Shown here: positions 56,276-64,000 of the stretch, piece by piece
Layout of the letters: each line of letters starts with the position of its first letter
Position numbering within the stretch: position 1 is the first letter of the stretch
DNA from: Polyangiaceae bacterium
GTDB taxonomy: Bacteria > Myxococcota_A > Polyangia > Polyangiales > Polyangiaceae
Assembly: GCA_035063585.1 (NCBI GenBank)
Contig: JAPSGB010000002.1
Coordinates: 96,001-160,000 of the forward strand
Direction of reading: 5' to 3'
DNA length: 64,000 nt
Made by a program: the position numbers and the translations under genes
The notes under the pieces: model-generated
The model's input: only the letters and a program-made list of their open reading frames with translations
What the model was told of the DNA's origin: nothing
Databases searched by the model: none

Positions 56276-57466
56276 TCAGCCCGGCTTACCGTCCGCCCGC
56301 GACAACACCAGCATCGGCGCGCAGTCGATCACGAAGAGCAGGAACGCGAGCGCGAAGAGCGTGCCCGACAACATCAATTGCCCGAGATAGGAGGGACCCG
56401 AGACGATGGACGCGACCACCCGCGAGATGGCGGCGAGAGTAATCATCACGAAGTAGACCGTGGTGAGCGGCGCCGCCACGATCTTGCGGCCGGTGTGGCC
56501 ACGGCTGACGCGCGCCATCACCCCGAGGGTCAAGGTCGCGATGGCCCCGGTCGTGAAGGCGTGAACGGCGGCGGTGACTGGGATGCTCGGCGTGAGCCAG
56601 GAGGCGAAGCGCAAGAGTAGCCCGATGATCACCCAGGCGTGCCCGACATGCAGCACCCATAGCATCGGGACCCGGAGCGAGTGCTGCGCTCCCCAGTAGC
56701 GCACCCGCGCGATGGACGAGAGGGCGACCACGCCGGACAGGACGCCCACCACCGCGAGCGGCGCGGCAGCGGCGTCCGCGAGCGCGAGCGCGATCATCCC
56801 CCCGATGGTGGCCCAGTCGAACACGGGGAGGTTCTTGATGCCCTCCGCCTTGGTCGTGTTGCGGGTAAAGAGCGGGATGATGCGCGAGCTTATTACGGTG
56901 ATGACGGTCAAGATGAGATCCATCGCCATGAAGGCGCCCTGCCCGGTCCTGCCGAGGTGCATCAAGAGGTTGGCGACGAAGAGCAGCGAGAGGATGACGA
57001 GCAGGAGGTAGTTGCGTTTGTCTCGCGCGGGGAGCACCACGACCGCCATCGCCAAGACGACGAGCGGCAAGAACGCGAGGTCCACGACCGACACCACGAG
57101 CGGCGGGAGCGCGGAGCCGGTGAACATGACCACCCGCCCCGCGAGCCAGACGCCAGCCACCGCCATGAGCGGCGCGCCAGTGATCGTCTTTCGCTTGGTC
57201 CAGTTCGCGGCCGCGGTGATGAGGAACCCGGCGATCACCGCCACCGTGAACCCGAACAGCATCTCATGACCGTGCCAATAGTCCCGGCCGAAGCGGCTCT
57301 CCGGATCGAACCGACCGGCGAGCGCCACCAGCCAGATCGGCAAGGAGACGGCAGCATACAGCCCGGCGAGCAAGAAGAACGGCCGGAACCCATGCGCGGC
57401 GAGGGCGATTCGAGCCGGCGGAGCGGGCGCCGTCGCGGGCTCGGCGGCAGGTGCGTCATTGGTCAC
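56276..57466 (-). CDS. nnrS: NnrS family membrane protein (NO stress)
   Basis: GFRPFFL, WHGHEMLFGF, GFLITAAANWT, RIIPLFT, LWVLH, HAFTTG, MARVSRGHTGR, RADGKPG. Confidence 0.93.
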   Translation of the reverse strand: MTNDAPAAEPATAPAPPARIALAAHGFRPFFLLAGLYAAVSLPIWLVALAGRFDPESRFGRDYWHGHEMLFGFTVAVIAGFLITAAANWTKRKTITGAPLMAVAGVWLAGRVVMFTGSALPPLVVSVVDLAFLPLVVLAMAVVVLPARDKRNYLLLVILSLLFVANLLMHLGRTGQGAFMAMDLILTVITVISSRIIPLFTRNTTKAEGIKNLPVFDWATIGGMIALALADAAAAPLAVVGVLSGVVALSSIARVRYWGAQHSLRVPMLWVLHVGHAWVIIGLLLRFASWLTPSIPVTAAVHAFTTGAIATLTLGVMARVSRGHTGRKIVAAPLTTVYFVMITLAAISRVVASIVSGPSYLGQLMLSGTLFALAFLLFVIDCAPMLVLSRADGKPG

Positions 57467-57483
57467 GGCGGGACATTGGGTCG

Positions 57484-57502
57484 CGCGTACTTCAAATGCA
57501 AG
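57484..57502 (-). promoter_or_regulatory. Possible NsrR/Rrf2-type operator upstream of nnrS
   Basis: Minus strand CTTGCATTTGAAGTACGCG; core TGCATTT-N-AA-N-TAC resembles the NsrR box, 17 nt from the start codon. Confidence 0.4.
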
Positions 57503-57653
57503 CGCACGCGTCATCGGTCCGCACGACCTCACGAGCGCCGCGCGCGACTACGCGCGGGCCACGCCATCGGCTCGCGGCACTTGTCGCGCGGTCAAGAGCG
57601 GGCCCCCGACGTGCGGATTGCGCCGGCGACGCGACCCGTGCCTAGATGCGCCC

Positions 57654-59765
57654 GTGCCAGCGTCGATCTCCGCCATCCTCCAGCCTCGCTCGGTCGCCGT
57701 GCTCGGCGCGTCTCGCTCACGTCGCAGCGTGGGCGGAGAGCTGTTCCACAACCTCCTGAAGTGCGGGTTCAACGGGCCGGTCTATCCGGTGAACCCGTCT
57801 GCGGACTACGTGCAGTCGGTGCGCGCCTGGCGCTCGGTCCGCGGGCTCCCCGGCCCGGTGGACCTCGCCATCATCGCGGTGCCGGCCGAGCACGCGGTCG
57901 CCGCCCTCGAGGACTGCGGGCGAGCCGGGGTCGGTGCCGCGGTGGTGGTTACCGCCGGCTTCAAGGAGATCGGCGGCGCAGGCGCCGAGCGCGAGGCCGC
58001 GCTGGTGCGTATCGCGCGCGAGCACGACATGCGCGTGGTCGGGCCGAATTGCCTGGGAGTGCTCAACACCCATCCATCGGTGAGCTTGAACGCGACCTTC
58101 GCCGAGGCGTTCCCCGAGCCGGGCCCGGTGGCGTTCCTCTCGCAGAGCGGCGCGCTCGGCGTCGCGGTGCTCGACCGTGCGACTCGCCTCGGCATCGGGA
58201 TGTCGTCGTTCGTGAGCATCGGGAATCGGTGCGACGTGAGCGGCAACGATCTCATCGAGTACTGGGGGCAGGACCCGGACACCCGCGTCATGTTGCTCTA
58301 CCTCGAGAGCCTCGGTAACCCGCGGCACTTCACCCGCCTCGCCCGCAACATCGGGCGCACCAAGCCCATCATCGCGCTGAAGAGCGGCCGTACCGTGGCG
58401 GGCTCGCGAGCCGCGGCCTCCCACACCGGCGCGCTCGCCGGCACCGACATGGCCGTGGACGCGCTCTTCGCGCAGGCTGGCGTCATCCGGGTGTCCACCA
58501 TCGAAGAGCTCTTCGACACCGGGATGCTGCTCGCGACGCAGCCGCTACCGAACGGCAGGCGCGTCGCGATCCTGACGAACGCCGGGGGCCCCGGGATCTT
58601 GGCGGCGGACGCCTGCGAGCAGTACGGCCTCGAGCTCACCGAGCTCTCCGCCGACACCCGCGCCGCGCTCGCGAGGTTCCTGCCGCCGGAGGCGTCGCTC
58701 AAGAACCCGGTCGACATGATCGCCTCGGCCGGCGCCGAGAGCTACCGCCGCGCGGTCGAGACTCTGCTCCACGACCCCGCGGTCGACCTGCTGCTCGTCA
58801 TCTTCGTGCCTCCGCTCATGACGGCGGCTCCCGACGTGGCCCGCGCGATCGCCGAGGGCGCGGCCGGCGCGGGGAAGCCGGTCGCGTCGTGCTTCATGGG
58901 CGCGCACGGCTTCCGCACCGGGCTCGGCGGAGAGGGCTCGAGCGCCGAGCGGATCCCCTCGTACGCGTTCCCAGAGTCGGCCGCGCAGGCGCTCTCGCGC
59001 GCGGCGACCTACGCGCGCTGGCGCGGTTTCGCCGACAGCCCGGTGCCGGGCGTCTCGCTCGCCGCGCCGCCGGCCGCGCCGAGCCGGCACGACCAGTCGG
59101 AGTCCGGATGGCTCTCACCGGGCGAGACCGCACGGCTGCTCGACGCCTACGGCATCCGGACGCCACGGAGCGGCGTCGCGCGCGACGCGGACGAGGCGGC
59201 GAGCATCGCCGCCAAGCTCGGCTTCCCGGTGGTCATGAAGCTCATCGCGCGAGACATCGTCCATAAATCGGACGTGGGCGGCGTGGTGCTCGACCGGCGC
59301 TCGGAGGACGAGACGCGGCGAGCCTTCACCGAGCTCTGCGAGCGAGCCAAGCAGCTCGGCGCCGAGCTCGATGGCGTCCTCATCCAGGAGTACGTGAAGG
59401 AAGGTATCGAGGCGGTGGTCGGGGTGACGAACGATCCGAACTTCGGCCCGCTCCTCATGTTCGGCCTCGGCGGCGTCTACGTCGAGCTGCTCGGCGACGT
59501 CGCCTTTCGCCTGCACCCGGTGAGCGAGCACGACGTCGACAGCATGATCGCGAACGTGCACGCGTCGAAGCTGCTCGAGGGCTATCGCGGCGCGCCGCCC
59601 GGTGACCTCGAGGCGCTGCGCGAGCTCTTGGCGCGGGTCAACCGCATGGTGTCGGATCACGAGGGGCTCGAGGAGATGGACCTCAACCCGGTCAAGATCC
59701 TGCCGCCCGGGCGCGGAGTCGTGGTGGTCGACGCGCGCATCCGCTGGCAGAGCCGGGTAGGATGA
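57654..59765 (+). CDS. Acyl-CoA synthetase (NDP-forming) / acetate-CoA ligase family, alpha+beta fusion
   Basis: [35 protein letters not shown] (phospho-His), [26 protein letters not shown]. Confidence 0.93.
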   Translation: MPASISAILQPRSVAVLGASRSRRSVGGELFHNLLKCGFNGPVYPVNPSADYVQSVRAWRSVRGLPGPVDLAIIAVPAEHAVAALEDCGRAGVGAAVVVTAGFKEIGGAGAEREAALVRIAREHDMRVVGPNCLGVLNTHPSVSLNATFAEAFPEPGPVAFLSQSGALGVAVLDRATRLGIGMSSFVSIGNRCDVSGNDLIEYWGQDPDTRVMLLYLESLGNPRHFTRLARNIGRTKPIIALKSGRTVAGSRAAASHTGALAGTDMAVDALFAQAGVIRVSTIEELFDTGMLLATQPLPNGRRVAILTNAGGPGILAADACEQYGLELTELSADTRAALARFLPPEASLKNPVDMIASAGAESYRRAVETLLHDPAVDLLLVIFVPPLMTAAPDVARAIAEGAAGAGKPVASCFMGAHGFRTGLGGEGSSAERIPSYAFPESAAQALSRAATYARWRGFADSPVPGVSLAAPPAAPSRHDQSESGWLSPGETARLLDAYGIRTPRSGVARDADEAASIAAKLGFPVVMKLIARDIVHKSDVGGVVLDRRSEDETRRAFTELCERAKQLGAELDGVLIQEYVKEGIEAVVGVTNDPNFGPLLMFGLGGVYVELLGDVAFRLHPVSEHDVDSMIANVHASKLLEGYRGAPPGDLEALRELLARVNRMVSDHEGLEEMDLNPVKILPPGRGVVVVDARIRWQSRVG

Positions 59766-59781
59766 GGGGACCCTGGGAGGC

Positions 59782-60957
59782 ATGATGGGAAGGTCACTCT
59801 ACGAGCAGCTCCTCGACGTCACCGTGGTGGTCGCCGACACCGGCGACCTCCACTCGATCCGGAAGCTCCTGCCGCGCGACGCGACCACCAACCCCTCGCT
59901 CATCACCGCCGCGGCGCAGATGCCCGAGTACGCGGAGGTCGTCGAGCAGGCGCTGCGCTGGGCGCGCCAGCAGGCCGGCAAGGACGCCAACGCGCATCAG
60001 GTCGTCGCGAAGGCCATCGATCGGCTGAGCGTGGAGTTCGGGCTGCGAATCCTCTCCATCGTGCCCGGACGCGTCTCGACCGAGGTGGACGCGCGCTCGA
60101 GCCACGACGAGGACGGGACCGTCGCCAAGGCGAAGCAGCTCATCGCCCAGTACGAGGCCGCCGGGGCGAGCCGCGAGCGCGTGCTCATCAAGATCGCCTC
60201 CACCTGGGAGGGGATCCGCGCGGCCGCGCGCCTCGAGCGGGAGGGGATCCACTGCAACCTCACCCTGCTCTTCGGCATCCACCAGGCGGCGGCGTGCGCG
60301 GAAGCCGGCGTGACGCTCGTCTCGCCCTTCGTCGGCCGCATCCTCGACTGGCACCAGGCGGCCACCGGGAGGGTCTATCGAGGCGCCGAGGACCCGGGCG
60401 TCATTTCCGTCACGCGGATCTACAACTACTTCAAGCACTTCGGCTTCGAGACGGAGATCATGGGCGCGAGCTTCCGCAACCTCGGCGAGATCCGCGAGCT
60501 CGCCGGCTGCGACCTCTTGACCATCTCGCCCAAGCTCCTCGCCGAGCTCCAGCAGACGCAGGCGCCGCTCCCGCGAAAGCTCACGCCGGAGGCGGCGAGA
60601 GCGCTCACGCTCGAGCGGCTCCCGGTAGACCGCGCGAGCTTCGAGCGCATGCACGCGGCCGACCGCATGGCCGCCGAGAAGCTCGCCGAGGGGATCGCCG
60701 GATTCTCGAAGGCGATCGTCGCGCTCGAGGCGCTCCTCGCCCAGCGCCTGGCGGAGCTCGAAGGCCGCCGGGGGATCGGGCTCTTCGCGGAGGAGATTTT
60801 TCGCGTCTACGACCTCGACGGCGACGGCGCGATCACCCGCGAGGAGTGGGCCGGGACGGACCTGGTGTTCGACGCGCTCGACGTCGACGGCGACGGGCGC
60901 ATCACCCCCGACGAGCTCGCCGCCGGGCTCGGGGCCGCGCATTTCCTGCCCCGATGA
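59782..60957 (+). CDS. tal: Transaldolase with C-terminal EF-hand pair
   Basis: [67 protein letters not shown] and [12 protein letters not shown]. Confidence 0.95.
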   Translation: MMGRSLYEQLLDVTVVVADTGDLHSIRKLLPRDATTNPSLITAAAQMPEYAEVVEQALRWARQQAGKDANAHQVVAKAIDRLSVEFGLRILSIVPGRVSTEVDARSSHDEDGTVAKAKQLIAQYEAAGASRERVLIKIASTWEGIRAAARLEREGIHCNLTLLFGIHQAAACAEAGVTLVSPFVGRILDWHQAATGRVYRGAEDPGVISVTRIYNYFKHFGFETEIMGASFRNLGEIRELAGCDLLTISPKLLAELQQTQAPLPRKLTPEAARALTLERLPVDRASFERMHAADRMAAEKLAEGIAGFSKAIVALEALLAQRLAELEGRRGIGLFAEEIFRVYDLDGDGAITREEWAGTDLVFDALDVDGDGRITPDELAAGLGAAHFLPR

Positions 60958-61131
60958 GCTGCGCGCGGCTCGAGCCTGCGGCTCGCGGCTCGGGCTGCCG
61001 TGCCCCCGCGAGCCGGACTATTCGTGGGGAAATATCCCACCTCGCTCCGCCGCGCCGCCCAGCGCGGTTCACCGGAGGTGGAATCGAGCGCCCCGGGGCA
61101 AGCTCGGCTATGCTCGCGCCCCCCACCGACC

Positions 61132-62217
61132 ATGAATCGTAGCCAGAAAGTCCCCGAGCTCGAGAAGGTCCTCTCCCAGGCGAAGGACTGCCCACACATG
61201 ATCCTCCTCGCCGGCCACCCGGACCCCGACGGGATCGGCAGCGCGCTCGCGCACCACCGGATCTGCGAGCACCTCGGGATCTCGAGCGTCATCGGGCACG
61301 TGCTCCCCCTCGCGCGCTCGGAGAACCGCGCGCTCGTGAACCTGCTCAGCGTCCCCCTCACCCAGGTGGAGGGGCCAGCGGATCTGGAGAAATTCGGGTA
61401 TCTTTCGCTGGTCGACGCCAGCGCGGCGGAGGCGTCCCTCACCATCCCGGGGCACCTCAAGCTGCTCACCGTGGTCGATCACCACCGGCCGGGCACCATC
61501 CCGACCGCGCCGTTCGTGGACATTCGCCAGGACTCCGGGTCGACCTGCGCCATTTACGCCGAGTACATGGAGCAAGGGCTGGCGCCCTTCGATGGCACGG
61601 GGGCCGACGAGTCGCGCGTGGCGACCGCGATGCTCTTCGGCATCATGACCGACACCGACGACTTCTCGCTGGCGACCCCGGCGGATTTCCGGGCAGCGGC
61701 GTACATCAAGCGCTTCACTGACGCGGCAACCCTCAGCCGGATCGGCCGCCGAACGGTCTCGGCAGAGGCCATGGAAGCGGTGAGCCGCGCGCTCATCAAC
61801 CTCGAGGTCGTCCGGGATTTCGCCCTGGCCGGCGTCGGCCGGGTCTCGGCGGTGAACCGCGACGCGATCCCGACCGCCGCTGATTTCATCCTCCGCAGGG
61901 AGGACATCGACACGGTGCTCGTCTACGGCCTGGTCGAAAACCGCATCGACGGCTCGCTCCGGACCAACTCGGCCAGCATCGATCCGGCCACCTTCATGCA
62001 GAACGCCTTCGGCAAGGATCCGACCGGGCGCTACTACGGGGGCGGCCGGCGCGACAAGGGCGGGTTTCAGATCCCGCTCGCCTTCTTCGGCGAGTGCAGC
62101 GACGAAGAGAGCCTCTGGAAGCTGGTCCGCGAGCTGGTGCGCTTGCGCGTCTCCCGCGAGATCCCCGACATCGACCGCATTTCTCGGGTGATGGAAGCGA
62201 ACAAGAGCGCGGGCTGA
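61132..62217 (+). CDS. DHH-family phosphoesterase (NrnA-like)
   Basis: HPDPDGIGSA, LVDA, VVDHH, GIMTDT, GSLRT, GGGR. Confidence 0.88.
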   Translation: MNRSQKVPELEKVLSQAKDCPHMILLAGHPDPDGIGSALAHHRICEHLGISSVIGHVLPLARSENRALVNLLSVPLTQVEGPADLEKFGYLSLVDASAAEASLTIPGHLKLLTVVDHHRPGTIPTAPFVDIRQDSGSTCAIYAEYMEQGLAPFDGTGADESRVATAMLFGIMTDTDDFSLATPADFRAAAYIKRFTDAATLSRIGRRTVSAEAMEAVSRALINLEVVRDFALAGVGRVSAVNRDAIPTAADFILRREDIDTVLVYGLVENRIDGSLRTNSASIDPATFMQNAFGKDPTGRYYGGGRRDKGGFQIPLAFFGECSDEESLWKLVRELVRLRVSREIPDIDRISRVMEANKSAG

Positions 62218-62234
62218 GTCGGACGGCGGCGCGC

Positions 62235-62669
62235 TCAGGAGCGGAGCTGCCGAACCGCCAGCGCGACGTCCTTGCCGTCCACGGGCGCCGCGGCGGCCTT
62301 CAACCGCTTCATCGCGAGCCCGGTCGCCGCGCCGTCGTTCGGCGCCGCGCGGAGCTCCGCGGCGAACGCGGCGAGCTCGCTCGCGATCCGCGCGACCTCC
62401 CAGCGCGCCGGCAAGAGCGCCTGGAGAATGGCGTTTTCCTCTTCGAGGACGCGTCGTTGCTCTTCACGCTCGGAGATGGCGAGGGTCTCCTCGTTCGACT
62501 TCAAGAGCTTTCGCACGACCCCGAGGAGCTCCTCCTCGGACAGCGGCTTTCCGCCGCGGGACTCCGCCACGTCGACCTCCCCCAAGACCACCCTCAGGAT
62601 CTCCTTTTCAACCGTGGCGTGCTTTTTCATCGCGGCCATCATCTGCCGCTTGAGGTCGTCCTTCTGCAT
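62235..62669 (-). CDS. GatB/YqeY domain protein
   Basis: LKRQMMAAMKK..EILRVVLGEV..EENAILQALLP..GLAMK..VDGKDV. Confidence 0.85.
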   Translation of the reverse strand: MQKDDLKRQMMAAMKKHATVEKEILRVVLGEVDVAESRGGKPLSEEELLGVVRKLLKSNEETLAISEREEQRRVLEEENAILQALLPARWEVARIASELAAFAAELRAAPNDGAATGLAMKRLKAAAAPVDGKDVALAVRQLRS

Positions 62670-62835
62670 CGTCGAGGCTCCCGCGCAGACCATAGTCTGC
62701 GGCCGCTGCTCGGGCGAGCGCCACCCGGGATACCACGGTCGATTCCGGGTTCGAGCCATGGCAGGCTCCCGTGTCGTCGGCCCGGCCGGCCGATAGCCCC
62801 CCGCGACTGCCCATGTCCCCCGCTCGGATCCATCG

Positions 62836-64000
62836 ATGAGTATCGCGCTCGAGACGGGAGCGATGCTCGGCCGCTACGAGCTGCTCACGCAGATCGGGCG
62901 GGGCGGGATGGCGAGCGTCTGGGTCGCGCGAGAGCGCTCGCCGACCGGGCGCGCGCGGCTCGTGGCGGTGAAGGTGCTCTTGCCCTCGCTCGCGCGGCGC
63001 GCCGATTTTCGCACCATGTTCCTCGACGAGGGGCAAATCATCCGCAGCATCGACCACGACAACGTGGTCGGCGTGTACGAGGTCGCAGAAGATCACGGGC
63101 TGCTCTTCATGGCGATGGAGTGGGTCGAGGGCGACTCGCTCCGCAACGTCATCAAGGAGGCCCAGCGGCGCCGCCCGATCCCGCCGGAGATGGCGGTGCG
63201 TATCATCGCGGACACCGCCGCGGGGCTCCACGCCGCGCACGAGCTCCGCGGCTGGGACGGCGCGCTCCGAAACCTCGTGCACTGCGACGTCTCTCCGCAC
63301 AACATCCTCATCGGCCTCTCCGGCATGACCAAGCTCACCGACTTCGGCGTGGCGAGCGCGGAGGAACATTTCGGCGAGCTGTCGTCCGAGCGGCGCGTCA
63401 AGGGGAAGGTCGGTTACATGTCGCCGGAGCAGGCCGGCGGACAGCCGATCGATCGGCGCACGGACGTGTACGCGCTCGGCATCGTGCTCTATGAGCTCAC
63501 CACCGGCGAGCGCTTGTTCAAGGGGATGAACCACGACCATTCCCTCGCGCTGGTGATGAACGCGCGGGTTCCGCGCCCATCGAGCGTGCTCGCGGACTAC
63601 CCCGCCCCGCTCGAGGCCATCGTGCTCCGCGCGCTCGAGCGCGAGCCCTCTGCGCGTTTCCAGACGGCCGAGGAGATGCAGCAGGCGCTCGAGCGCTACC
63701 TGGTCGCCGAGCGAATCCTGGTGCCCCGGAGCGGCGTCGCGCAGCTCCTGAAGCGCGTGGTCGGCGGGCGCATCGAGGAGCGCCGGCAGGCGATCCGCGC
63801 CGCGCTCGCGCAGGTCGACGGACAGACGCCGCTCGGCCTGGTGCCGGACACCGCGGTCGCGCTGCGCGACTCGCTCGTGAGCGTCACCGAGCCGAGCTCC
63901 CCGAGCGCGCTCGCGCACCTGACCCCGAGCGTGCCGCGGCCGAGCTTCACCGGCACGGGCGAGAGCCTCCTCACCTCGAGCCAGGCCTCCACCACGGCGG
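62836..64000 (+). CDS. Hanks-type Ser/Thr protein kinase (truncated by window end)
   Basis: Manual translation: MSIALETGAMLGRYELLTQIGRGGMASVW, VAVK, FLDEG, VHCDVSPHNIL, DFG, KGKVGYMSPE. Confidence 0.92.
   Translation, partial: MSIALETGAMLGRYELLTQIGRGGMASVWVARERSPTGRARLVAVKVLLPSLARRADFRTMFLDEGQIIRSIDHDNVVGVYEVAEDHGLLFMAMEWVEGDSLRNVIKEAQRRRPIPPEMAVRIIADTAAGLHAAHELRGWDGALRNLVHCDVSPHNILIGLSGMTKLTDFGVASAEEHFGELSSERRVKGKVGYMSPEQAGGQPIDRRTDVYALGIVLYELTTGERLFKGMNHDHSLALVMNARVPRPSSVLADYPAPLEAIVLRALEREPSARFQTAEEMQQALERYLVAERILVPRSGVAQLLKRVVGGRIEERRQAIRAALAQVDGQTPLGLVPDTAVALRDSLVSVTEPSSPSALAHLTPSVPRPSFTGTGESLLTSSQASTTA

Overview
Very GC-rich, gene-dense bacterial chromosomal window. The gene content points to a myxobacterium of the Polyangiaceae/Sorangium type (inference): several Hanks-type Ser/Thr kinases, a TPR-PEGA protein, a MYXO-CTERM-like tail and many Gly-rich lipoproteins. 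About 45 CDSs are supportable. They include pgi, pgl, an EF-hand transaldolase, prfC, an HPF-family protein, Hsp20, a SNF2 helicase, a GH25 lysozyme, an acyl-CoA dehydrogenase, MgtA, MgtE, a DUF481 barrel, an RND pump pair, NnrS, an NDP-forming acyl-CoA ligase and a DHH phosphoesterase. One complete IS1380-family element (15334-17056, 21-bp terminal inverted repeats) abuts an IS3-like integrase remnant. I saw no rRNA, tRNA or CRISPR array. Best candidates for something undescribed: (1) a two-gene operon of a tandem double RelA/SpoT-type HD hydrolase plus a stand-alone 2H phosphoesterase (33618-35007); (2) a small ORF with a signal-like N-terminus and a C-terminal RAPP ribosome-arrest-type motif, upstream of a degenerate sigma54 activator (20667-22489); (3) a twice-repeated hairpin motif in the long leader of an RRM protein gene; (4) a recurrent TANNNT box 6-9 nt before start codons, suggesting leaderless mRNAs. 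All family calls are by motif recognition only; no database searches were run.
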